Shown: positions 41,639 through 48,646 of the stretch, one piece after another | How positions within the stretch are numbered: position 1 is the stretch's first letter | Layout: each line of letters opens with the position of its first letter | Source of the DNA: an uncultured Mycoplasmatota bacterium | GTDB lineage: Bacteria; Bacillota_I; Bacilli_A; RF39; UBA660 | DNA length: 48,646 nt | Direction of reading: 5' to 3' | Assembly (NCBI GenBank): GCA_946486465.1 | Contig: CAMLTY010000003.1 | Span: forward strand, 1 to 48,646 | The notes under the pieces: model-generated | Told to the model about the DNA's origin: nothing | The model's input: only the letters and a program-made list of their open reading frames with translations | The model's database searches: none | Translations under genes and position numbers: made by a program

Positions 41639-41670
41639 AGAGCAATTTAATAAATTGGGGCTCTTTTTTT
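41639..41670 (+). terminator. Putative terminator after the SEDS gene
   Basis: AGAGCAATTT...AAATT(GGG)GCTCT forms a bulged stem followed by TTTTTTT. Confidence 0.55.
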
Positions 41671-41672
41671 CT

Positions 41673-41689
41673 TGAATTTTAAAAATTCA
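41673..41689. promoter_or_regulatory. Inverted repeat TGAATTTT-A-AAAATTCA (candidate operator, copy 3) about 58 nt upstream of comEA
   Basis: Perfect 8-1-8 palindrome. Confidence 0.35.
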
Positions 41690-41746
41690 CTTTTTGCAAT
41701 TATTTTTCCTTTCTGTTAGTATCGTAACTGGAAAGGAGGAAAAGAA

Positions 41747-42448
41747 ATGACTTTTACTTATCGTCATAAAAAACAAATTATTCTTTGTATTTTAGGACTT
41801 GTTTTGCTATTAGTCGTAGCATCTATCTTTATCTATAAAAATTTTACTGCGAAAGATAAGAAAGATGAAAATATTGTTTTAAATACAAAGAAAGACATCA
41901 AAAAGGATGAAGAGGAGGAAAAGACAAGTGATGTTTACTATCAAGTAGATATTAAAGGAGAAGTTATTAATCCTGGAATATATACTGTTAAAGAAGGAAG
42001 TAGAGTTATTGATGTTATTAGATTAGCAGGTGATTTAACAGAAGTTGCCGATACTTCAGTTTTAAATCTTTCTAAGAAAGTTAAAGATGAAATGGTTATT
42101 ATTGTTTATAGTTTTGATGAAGTAGAGTCTTTTACAGAAACTAAAGAACAAGAAGAAATAGAACAAGAAGCCTGTAAAAATCAAAATGGTATTGAAAACG
42201 ATGCTTGTATTGAAGATAGTACTAATGATACTAGTTCTAGTAGTGTAGTTATTAGTGGTAAAATATCACTTAATACCGCAACCCTTGATGAGTTAATGAT
42301 GCTTCCAGGTATTGGGGAAGCGAAAGCTGAAGCAATTATAAAATATCGGGAAGAAGTAGGAGCATTTCAAAATATTGAAGAGTTAAAAGAAGTTAATGGC
42401 ATAGGAGATGCTATCTTTGATGATATTAAGGAAAGTATTACTATTTAA
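41747..42448 (+). CDS. comEA: Competence DNA receptor ComEA
   Basis: TM anchor, SLBB-like domain (VDIKGEVINPGIYTVKEGSRVIDVI), and C-terminal tandem HhH (LNTATLDELMMLPGIGEAKAEAII...VNGIGDAIFDDI). Confidence 0.9.
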   Translation: MTFTYRHKKQIILCILGLVLLLVVASIFIYKNFTAKDKKDENIVLNTKKDIKKDEEEEKTSDVYYQVDIKGEVINPGIYTVKEGSRVIDVIRLAGDLTEVADTSVLNLSKKVKDEMVIIVYSFDEVESFTETKEQEEIEQEACKNQNGIENDACIEDSTNDTSSSSVVISGKISLNTATLDELMMLPGIGEAKAEAIIKYREEVGAFQNIEELKEVNGIGDAIFDDIKESITI

Positions 42449-44489
42449 ATCTATTTATATTACGTTATTTATAATTAGTTTGATTTATCTTGTTATTTAT
42501 ATAAATATAGATTTTACCTCCAAATTTGAAGGGAGTGAAACCAAAGTAGAAGGAGTAATAGAATCTATAGAATATCAAGGTAATAAAATGACACTGACAC
42601 TTAAAACAAAAGAAAAACTTATCGCCACTTATTACTTCGATACCGAAGAAGAATTACATAAAACAAAGAAAGAACTTTCATTAGGTGATACTCTTACTTT
42701 AAAAGGAGAGTTGAACGAACCCATTTCTAGTAAAAATTTTTATGGTTTTTCCTATCCTACCTACCTAAAATACCAAAAGATTTTTTATATAATGAAAGTA
42801 TCTAATTATTATATTAAACATAAAAATAGTAATATTTTATATAGTATTAGAAATGCAGTTAGAAGTAGTATTAGTAATGATAAAGTAGGCAGTTATATAA
42901 AAGTTTTCTTCTTAGGAGATGATACTTCCTTTGATACTACTTTAGAAGAAGATTTTAGAAATCTTGGTATTTCTCATCTTTTCGCTCTATCAGGAACACA
43001 AATTAGTTTTCTAATTTCTATTATTACTCTACGTAAGAAAACCATAAATCTTAATAATTTGCTTTTTGTCTTTTGCATTCTAATTTGTTATTACCTAATA
43101 ATAGAAGACTGTGCAGCGATTGATAGAGCCTTAATATTTAGTTTAGTATTTTCTCTTAATAACACTTTTAACTTGAATATTAGACCTCTTTTCTTAATTC
43201 TATTATCTTTAAGTATACTATTCTTTATAAATCCCTATTACATATTTGATGTAGGATTTCAGTACTCTACCGTTATAAGTTGTACGTTAATCTTATACAT
43301 GAATAATAAGAAAAGTAAAGGTAAGATAATAGACTTATTAGAAGTATCATGGGTAAGCTTCTTAGTTAGTTTACCCATTTCTTTATATCATTTTTCTTAT
43401 ACTAATCCTCTTAGTATAGTTTATAATCTATTCTATGTTCCTTTTATTAACGTAATTATATTTCCCTTATCTATAATTTGTTTCTTTATACCATTTTTAT
43501 CTTTTATTTTAGAGTTTTTTATAAATATCTTTGAAGGAAGTGTTACATTCTTATCTCACTTTAATATAGGTTATATAACTCTAGCACGGTTTAATATAGT
43601 TTATTATTTATTATACTATATCCTAATATTTAGTTATTTATTTGTTAAGGCAAAGAAGAAGATATTTTTATTATTAATACTACTTTTGGTAATAATACAT
43701 TACTCTTATCCTAAAATATTTCCAAAAGATGCTTTATATATGATAGATGTAGGGCAGGGAGACTCATTCTTAATTACATCTAATAATAAGTCTATGTTAA
43801 TAGATACAGGAGGGGTTATGTCTTATTATACTGAAGAGTGGATGCAGTATGAAAAGACAAGTAGTGGTGTTTATTTAGTTAATTTTCTTAAAACTTTAGG
43901 AATAACAAAATTAGACTACTTAGTTTTAACTCATGGAGACTATGACCATGCAGGGGAAGCTTTAACAATTATGGATGAGATAGAGGTTAAAAACGTTTTC
44001 TTTAATGGCAATGAGTTAAATAACTTAGAGAAAAAGATATGGAAGAGTTCTTCTAATCATTACAAATTAACAGAAGGAGATAGCTTTAATTTAGGTAACT
44101 TTAACTTTTTAGTTATATCTAATACTTATCCTGATGAAAACGATAGTAGTTTAGTTTTATATAGTACTTTTTATGATAAGAGATTACTGTTTATGGGAGA
44201 TGCTAGTATTAAGAGTGAGGAATACATTTTAGATAACTATGAACTTGATGATATTACAATATTAAAAGTAGGGCATCATGGTTCTAGAACTAGTAGTAGT
44301 GAAGAGTTTATAGATAAAGTTAATCCTACTTATGCTTTAATATCATCAGGAATAGATAATAAATTCAATCATCCTCATAAAGAAGTAATTGAAAGATTAG
44401 AAGAAAATGGTTCAATTATTTACAACACTCAAATAAATGGTATGGTTATGTTTGATTTTACTCATGATAAAATTAAGACTTACACATGA
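42408..44489 (+). CDS. comEC: Competence channel protein ComEC/Rec2 with a C-terminal metallo-beta-lactamase domain
   Basis: OB/DUF4131-like N-terminus, a polytopic competence domain (LGISHLFALSGTQISF), and MBL motifs IDVGQGDS, LTHGDYDH and VGHHGS. Start is uncertain. Confidence 0.9.
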   Translation: MLSLMILRKVLLFKSIYITLFIISLIYLVIYINIDFTSKFEGSETKVEGVIESIEYQGNKMTLTLKTKEKLIATYYFDTEEELHKTKKELSLGDTLTLKGELNEPISSKNFYGFSYPTYLKYQKIFYIMKVSNYYIKHKNSNILYSIRNAVRSSISNDKVGSYIKVFFLGDDTSFDTTLEEDFRNLGISHLFALSGTQISFLISIITLRKKTINLNNLLFVFCILICYYLIIEDCAAIDRALIFSLVFSLNNTFNLNIRPLFLILLSLSILFFINPYYIFDVGFQYSTVISCTLILYMNNKKSKGKIIDLLEVSWVSFLVSLPISLYHFSYTNPLSIVYNLFYVPFINVIIFPLSIICFFIPFLSFILEFFINIFEGSVTFLSHFNIGYITLARFNIVYYLLYYILIFSYLFVKAKKKIFLLLILLLVIIHYSYPKIFPKDALYMIDVGQGDSFLITSNNKSMLIDTGGVMSYYTEEWMQYEKTSSGVYLVNFLKTLGITKLDYLVLTHGDYDHAGEALTIMDEIEVKNVFFNGNELNNLEKKIWKSSSNHYKLTEGDSFNLGNFNFLVISNTYPDENDSSLVLYSTFYDKRLLFMGDASIKSEEYILDNYELDDITILKVGHHGSRTSSSEEFIDKVNPTYALISSGIDNKFNHPHKEVIERLEENGSIIYNTQINGMVMFDFTHDKIKTYT

Positions 44490-44528
44490 TAAAAGTCCCG
44501 ACAATGTCGGGAAAATTAAGCACTTAAT

Positions 44529-44559
44529 AAGAAACGACAAATTATTCGTTTCTTTTTTT
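44529..44559 (+). terminator. Intrinsic terminator after comEC
   Basis: AAGAAACGA (44529-44537) pairs with TCGTTTCTT (44546-44554), followed by TTTTT. A separate 7-bp hairpin lies at 44496-44512. Confidence 0.8.
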
Positions 44560-44582
44560 ATATACTTAAAACGGTGGTAGGA

Positions 44583-45371
44583 ATGAAAGTATATTTAGAT
44601 CTAATATTCTTTATTAATTTCATGTTTGATTTACTCCTTTTAATGACAGTTAGTATAGAGTGTAAAGTCTTTTCTAAAAAAAGAAGATTAGTAATATCTT
44701 CATTTCTAGGAAGTCTTAGTACCTTTCTTTTATTCCTACCCTTAAATAATATTTCTTTATTTCTTTTTAAAGTAGTAATAAGTATAATTATGATTTTAGT
44801 TGGTTTTAAGATAACCTCTAAAGAATTATTTTTTACTCTTATAAAGAGTCTTTATGGCAATAGTATTATCTTAGGAGGCCTTATCTACTTTTTAAATAAC
44901 CAGTTTAGTTATAAACAAAAAGGCTTTATCTTTATCCATGATGGAACTAGTCTAAACTTAATTATTATTTTAATTAGTAGTCCTATAATCTTTTATCTGT
45001 ACCATAAAACAATGGAGAATGAGAAAAAGAAAAGAGAATTATTACATAAAGTATCTATAAAATGTAAGAAGGGTGTAGTTAATACCTTGGGATTCTTAGA
45101 TACTGGTAATAACATTAAAGATCCTTATAAGAAAAGAGGAGTTATTCTAATTAATTCTAGTGAAATAAATCTTAGCTTAGAAGAATCTATTTTAGTACCG
45201 TTTAAAACGGTGGATTCTAATAATTTGCTTAGATGTATAGAAATAGAGGAATTAAAGATAGATGATAATTTAATTACAAAGAAATACCTATTAGGTATTA
45301 GTCCTAAAAATATAGAAATAAAGGGAGCGAGTTGTATACTTCCTAATATAATAGAGGAGGAATTAAAATGA
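44583..45371 (+). CDS. spoIIGA: Sigma-E processing peptidase SpoIIGA
   Basis: MKVYLDLIFFINFMFDLLLL N-terminus, multiple TM segments, the aspartic protease motif GFLDTGNNIKDP, and a position directly upstream of sigE. Confidence 0.88.
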   Translation: MKVYLDLIFFINFMFDLLLLMTVSIECKVFSKKRRLVISSFLGSLSTFLLFLPLNNISLFLFKVVISIIMILVGFKITSKELFFTLIKSLYGNSIILGGLIYFLNNQFSYKQKGFIFIHDGTSLNLIIILISSPIIFYLYHKTMENEKKKRELLHKVSIKCKKGVVNTLGFLDTGNNIKDPYKKRGVILINSSEINLSLEESILVPFKTVDSNNLLRCIEIEELKIDDNLITKKYLLGISPKNIEIKGASCILPNIIEEELK

Positions 45372-46060
45372 TTAGTTTACTTTACTTAGTTGCATTTTTA
45401 CTTGATAAGAGCTGTGAAATATTTTATGTAGGTAGTAGTGATATTTTACCAGAACCATTATCTAAAGAAGATGAAGAAGCATATTTAGTTATGGCTATGG
45501 ATGGAGATATTCATGCAAGAGATGTGTTAATAGAACATAACCTAAGATTAGTCGTATTTCTTGCTAAAAAGTATGAAAATACTAAAGTAGATTTAGAAGA
45601 TTTGGTTAGTATAGGTACAATTGGTCTTATAAAGGGAATAAATACTTTTAAACCTGATAAAAATATAAAACTTGCAACTTATGCTTCGCGTTGTATTGAT
45701 AATGAGATATTAATGTATTTAAGAAAGATTAAAAAATCTAAAACAGAAGTTAGTATTGACGCATCATTAAGCTTTGATGCTGAAGGTAATGAGTTACATC
45801 TTGAAGATATCTTAGGAACCGATGCCGATATAGTTACTAAGGGAATAGAAGAAGAGACTGATAAAAAATTAATGTTAGATGAAGTTATGAAACTAAATCC
45901 AAGAGATAGAGATATTATTATATTAAGATATGGACTTATGGGACATAATGAATTAACTCAAAAAGAAGTTGCAGAACTACTTGGTATAAGTCAATCTTAT
46001 ATTTCAAGAATAGAAAAGAAAGTGATTAGGAGGTTAAAGAATATAGTTAAGTATTCGTAA
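45368..46060 (+). CDS. sigE: Sporulation sigma factor SigE (pro-sigma-E)
   Basis: YVGSSDILPEPLSKEDEEAYL, LIEHNLRLVVFLAKKYENT, DLVSIGTIGLIKGINTF, LATYASRCIDNEILMYLRK and ISQSYISRIEKK closely parallel B. subtilis SigE. Confidence 0.92.
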   Translation: MISLLYLVAFLLDKSCEIFYVGSSDILPEPLSKEDEEAYLVMAMDGDIHARDVLIEHNLRLVVFLAKKYENTKVDLEDLVSIGTIGLIKGINTFKPDKNIKLATYASRCIDNEILMYLRKIKKSKTEVSIDASLSFDAEGNELHLEDILGTDADIVTKGIEEETDKKLMLDEVMKLNPRDRDIIILRYGLMGHNELTQKEVAELLGISQSYISRIEKKVIRRLKNIVKYS

Positions 46061-46240
46061 GATTATGAAAAGTGAAAAAGAAGAGTTAATGAGACTTAGA
46101 TATTTACATAAAATAAAACAAAGTAAAGACTTAGGACTTGTTAATAATGATATTGATTTTAAGAATAAATACTTTAAAGACTTAGAAGAGTTTAAAAGAA
46201 AATATATAGGAATTAAATAGAAATATTTAGTCCTTTTTCG

Positions 46241-46269
46241 TTGACTTAAAGATTTAATTTTATTATAAT
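46241..46269 (+). promoter_or_regulatory. Consensus-like sigma-A promoter of the fur-hydrogenase pair
   Basis: TTGACT (46241-46246), 17 nt, then TATAAT (46264-46269). Confidence 0.65.
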
Positions 46270-46273
46270 TTAA

Positions 46274-46290
46274 TTGATAATAATTATCAA
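46274..46290. promoter_or_regulatory. Fur box (T-TGATAAT-A-ATTATCA-A), a perfect palindrome
   Basis: Matches the B. subtilis 7-1-7 Fur consensus TGATAATnATTATCA exactly. It sits 5 nt after the -10 element. Confidence 0.7.
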
Positions 46291-46302
46291 TAAGGTGTAG
46301 AT

Positions 46303-46686
46303 ATGGAAAGAAATACAATACAAAGACAAGAGATAATAGAAGTGTTAAAGAATAGTTATAATCATCCTACTATTAAAGAGTTGTGTGATCTATTAAAGGA
46401 TAAAAATATAGGACAAGCGACTATATATAGAACAGTTAAGACTCTAGTTAGTGATGATATAATTAGAAGGATAGAATGTCTTGATGGTATTCACTATGAT
46501 TATAGAAAAGACCATTATCACTTTTATTGTCTTAAGTGTAATAAAATTACTGATGTATTTCTAGATAAAAATATAATTGATAATATGTTATCAGATTCTA
46601 ATTTAAAAGATGTTAGACACATTAACTTAGTATTTGAAGGTATATGTGATAGTTGTAAAGGAAAGAGTAGTTATGGAATTAAGTAA
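46303..46686 (+). CDS. fur: Fur-family metalloregulator (Fur/PerR-like, short)
   Basis: Winged-helix N-terminus (TIQRQEIIEVL...HPTIKELCDLL...GQATIYRTVKTLV), HYHFYCLKCNK and CDSCK (a CxxC pair). Confidence 0.8.
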   Translation: MERNTIQRQEIIEVLKNSYNHPTIKELCDLLKDKNIGQATIYRTVKTLVSDDIIRRIECLDGIHYDYRKDHYHFYCLKCNKITDVFLDKNIIDNMLSDSNLKDVRHINLVFEGICDSCKGKSSYGIK

Positions 46687-47977
46687 GGCAGTAAGGATTG
46701 ATGAAGATAATCCTAGTATTAAAAGAATTAAAGAAAGATGTATTAATTGTGGTAGATGTAAGACTATATGTAGAGATGTTGTAGGAATTAACTATGATGA
46801 GAAATGTAAGGAAGCAGTGTGCATAAACTGCGGACAGTGTATTTTAAATTGTCCTGTTGGGGCCTTAGTTCCTAAATATGATTATAAAAGAGTCTTAGAT
46901 TATTTGCATGATACTGATAAAATTGTAACTATATCAGTCGCACCTGCAGTTAGAACCTCAATTGGTGAGGGTTTTGGACTAGAACCAGGTACATTTCTTG
47001 AAAAAGAGTTAGTTGGTGCTTTAAAAGAAGTAGGTTTTGACTATGTCTTTGATGTTACCTTTGGTGCAGATATGACTGTTATGGAAGAAGCCCATGAGTT
47101 AGTTAATAGATTAAAGAACAAGGGTGCTTTACCTATGTTTACCTCATGTTGTCCATCCTGGGTTAAATACTTAGAAATATATCATCCGGATAGATTAGAG
47201 CATTTATCTACTGTTAAGAGTCCAATAGGGATACAAAGTTCTGTTATTAACACTTACTTTTTAAAAATGATGAACATACCAAAAGAAAAAATAGTTAATG
47301 TTGTAGTAGCACCTTGTACTGCTAAGAAGTTTGAAATAAGAATAACAGAAATTGGTATGGATGTATGTCTTACTACTAGTGAATTAGTACTGCTTTTAAA
47401 AGAATCGGGCATTGATATTACTAAAACAAAACCCCAAGAGTTTGATTCTCTTTTATCAAAAGGAAGTGGTGCAGGACTTGTCTTTGGTAGAAGTGGGGGA
47501 GTATTAGAGTCAGTTTTAAGATGTGTTAACTATATAATAACAGGAGAAGATAAGATTATAGACTCTTTAGCTCTTGAAGAAAATGAAAAAAGTGGTACAA
47601 TAAATAAGGCAACGATAAATATTGGCCCATATAAATTAAGAGTTGCTAGTATCCAAGGTATGAAAAATGTTGAAGAAGTACTTAAAGACTTAGATAGTTA
47701 TGACTTTATTGAAGTTATGAATTGTCCTCTAGGATGTGTTTCCGGTGGTGGACAAGTACTTAATACTATTAGTAAGATGGATGAAATAAATAAAAAACGG
47801 GCTTTATCCTTAGAAGAAGATGATAAAAATAATAGTATTAGATTTTGTTATAAAAATCCTGATGTCATAGATATCTATAAGACATATCTTGACTATCCTA
47901 ATAGTCCTAAAGCAATAAAACTTATTCATACTAATTTTAAAGATAGAAGTAGTATATTAAGAGAGAAATCTCTTTAA
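46673..47977 (+). CDS. hydA: Monomeric [FeFe]-hydrogenase (2x[4Fe-4S] ferredoxin domain plus H-cluster domain)
   Basis: CINCGRCKTIC and CINCGQCILNCP clusters. The H-cluster motifs are FTSCCPSWV, VAPCTAKKFE and EVMNCPLGCVSGGGQ. ATG 46673 (MELSKAV) follows AAAGGAAAGAG and overlaps fur by 14 nt. Confidence 0.85.
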   Translation: MELSKAVRIDEDNPSIKRIKERCINCGRCKTICRDVVGINYDEKCKEAVCINCGQCILNCPVGALVPKYDYKRVLDYLHDTDKIVTISVAPAVRTSIGEGFGLEPGTFLEKELVGALKEVGFDYVFDVTFGADMTVMEEAHELVNRLKNKGALPMFTSCCPSWVKYLEIYHPDRLEHLSTVKSPIGIQSSVINTYFLKMMNIPKEKIVNVVVAPCTAKKFEIRITEIGMDVCLTTSELVLLLKESGIDITKTKPQEFDSLLSKGSGAGLVFGRSGGVLESVLRCVNYIITGEDKIIDSLALEENEKSGTINKATINIGPYKLRVASIQGMKNVEEVLKDLDSYDFIEVMNCPLGCVSGGGQVLNTISKMDEINKKRALSLEEDDKNNSIRFCYKNPDVIDIYKTYLDYPNSPKAIKLIHTNFKDRSSILREKSL

Positions 47978-48009
47978 TATAAATAAATTATAGAAAGAAG
48001 GTATTAAAT

Positions 48010-48552
48010 ATGGAATTAAAAGGTTCAAAAACTGAACAAAACTTAATGACAGCATTCGCTGGAGAAAGTCAAGCTCGTAATAAATATACATATTACGCAT
48101 CAAAAGCTAGAAAAGATGGCTATGAACAAATCGCAGCAATTTTTGAAGAGACTGCTAATAATGAAAAGGAACATGCTAAACTTTGGTTTAAAGAGTTACA
48201 TGGTGGGGATATTCCTGATACTATGACTAACCTAGAAGATGCTGCTGCTGGTGAAAACTATGAGTGGACTGATATGTATAAAGGCTTTGCTGAGACTGCT
48301 CGTGAAGAAGGATTTGATCGCTTAGCATTCTTATTTGAAAGTGTAGCAAAGATTGAGAAAGAACATGAAGAAAGATACTTAACACTTCTTAAGAATGTTA
48401 AAGATAATAGAGTATTCCATAAAGATGGAGACAAGATTTGGATTTGTCGTAACTGTGGACATGTATATGTTGGTAAAGATGCACTTGATGTATGTCCAGT
48501 ATGTAATCATCCACAAAGCTTTATGGAAGTTAAAGCAGATAATTATGAATAA
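48010..48552 (+). CDS. rbr: Rubrerythrin
   Basis: Diiron four-helix motifs ([31 protein letters not shown]) plus a C-terminal rubredoxin motif, CRNCG...CPVCNHP. Confidence 0.93.
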   Translation: MELKGSKTEQNLMTAFAGESQARNKYTYYASKARKDGYEQIAAIFEETANNEKEHAKLWFKELHGGDIPDTMTNLEDAAAGENYEWTDMYKGFAETAREEGFDRLAFLFESVAKIEKEHEERYLTLLKNVKDNRVFHKDGDKIWICRNCGHVYVGKDALDVCPVCNHPQSFMEVKADNYE

Positions 48553-48579
48553 AAGGACTTGTCTGAAGTTCTTTTTTTT
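48553..48579 (+). terminator. Intrinsic terminator after rbr
   Basis: AAGGACTT pairs with GAAGTTCTT (with a G-U pair), followed by a run of 8 Ts. Confidence 0.7.
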
Positions 48580-48646
48580 ATATATAAGGAAAGTGCGTTT
48601 TTTTGAAAAGAAATCGAATTTATGTATTGACAAACATATCTTCTAT

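Noticed and set aside
44496-44512. 7-bp hairpin TCCCGAC-AAT-GTCGGGA after comEC, considered as a terminator
   Set aside because: It has no downstream T-run on the + strand. The following hairpin (44529-44559) is the convincing terminator.
46065-46220. 51-codon ORF (MKSEKEELMRLRYLHKIKQSKDLGLVNNDIDF...) right after sigE
   Set aside because: There is no convincing RBS, the composition is Lys-rich as expected by chance in AT-rich DNA, and no motif is recognised. It is kept only as a note in the sigE finding.
1-48646. Prophage, ICE, transposon or integron content, and rRNA, tRNA or CRISPR genes
   Set aside because: No integrase, transposase, relaxase, capsid, terminase or Cas-like translation was seen in any listed ORF, and no rRNA- or tRNA-like GC-rich structured segments were found. 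The only mobility signature is the 38-bp repeat-flanked nuclease cassette.

Overview
This is a 48.6-kb, very AT-rich (roughly 25-30% G+C by eye) chromosomal segment from a spore-forming low-GC Firmicute, Clostridia- or Erysipelotrichia-like. The sporulation and competence markers are spoIIGA-sigE, an intact sigK, a YjcZ-type tiny spore protein and comEA/comEC. Nearly all genes are on the + strand and are housekeeping: ftsK, paired U32 (YrrN/YrrO-like) genes, a dGTPase-like gene, a folD-like gene, desulfoferrodoxin, greA, trmL, rpmB, dnaE, lspA, rluD, priA, sigK, yqeG-yqeH, frr, a Phe T-box with pheST, def, an ftsW/spoVE-type gene, comEA-comEC, spoIIGA-sigE, fur with an [FeFe]-hydrogenase, and rubrerythrin. 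I recognised no rRNA, tRNA, CRISPR array, transposase or integrase. Six items stand out. (1) A translationally coupled pair, a HerA/FtsK-class P-loop ATPase plus a Cys-rich repeat protein (9737-12266), sits behind a 450-bp hairpin-rich spacer; this is my best candidate for an uncharacterised system. (2) Two unannotated small hydrophobic-peptide loci have type-I-toxin-like RNA architecture (9417-9494 on +; 26779-26871 on -, just upstream of sigK). (3) A single PD-(D/E)xK (DUF1016/YhcG-like) gene is inserted into an operon and bounded by perfect 38-bp direct repeats (20258-21375), immediately after an ASCH-domain gene. (4) A MazF/PemK-like gene is frameshifted. (5) A consensus Fur box precedes a fur-hydrogenase pair. 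(6) Two small Tyr/Gly/Pro-rich sporulation-type peptide genes lie on the minus strand. All functional calls come from reading motifs in the supplied translations from memory; no database search was run.
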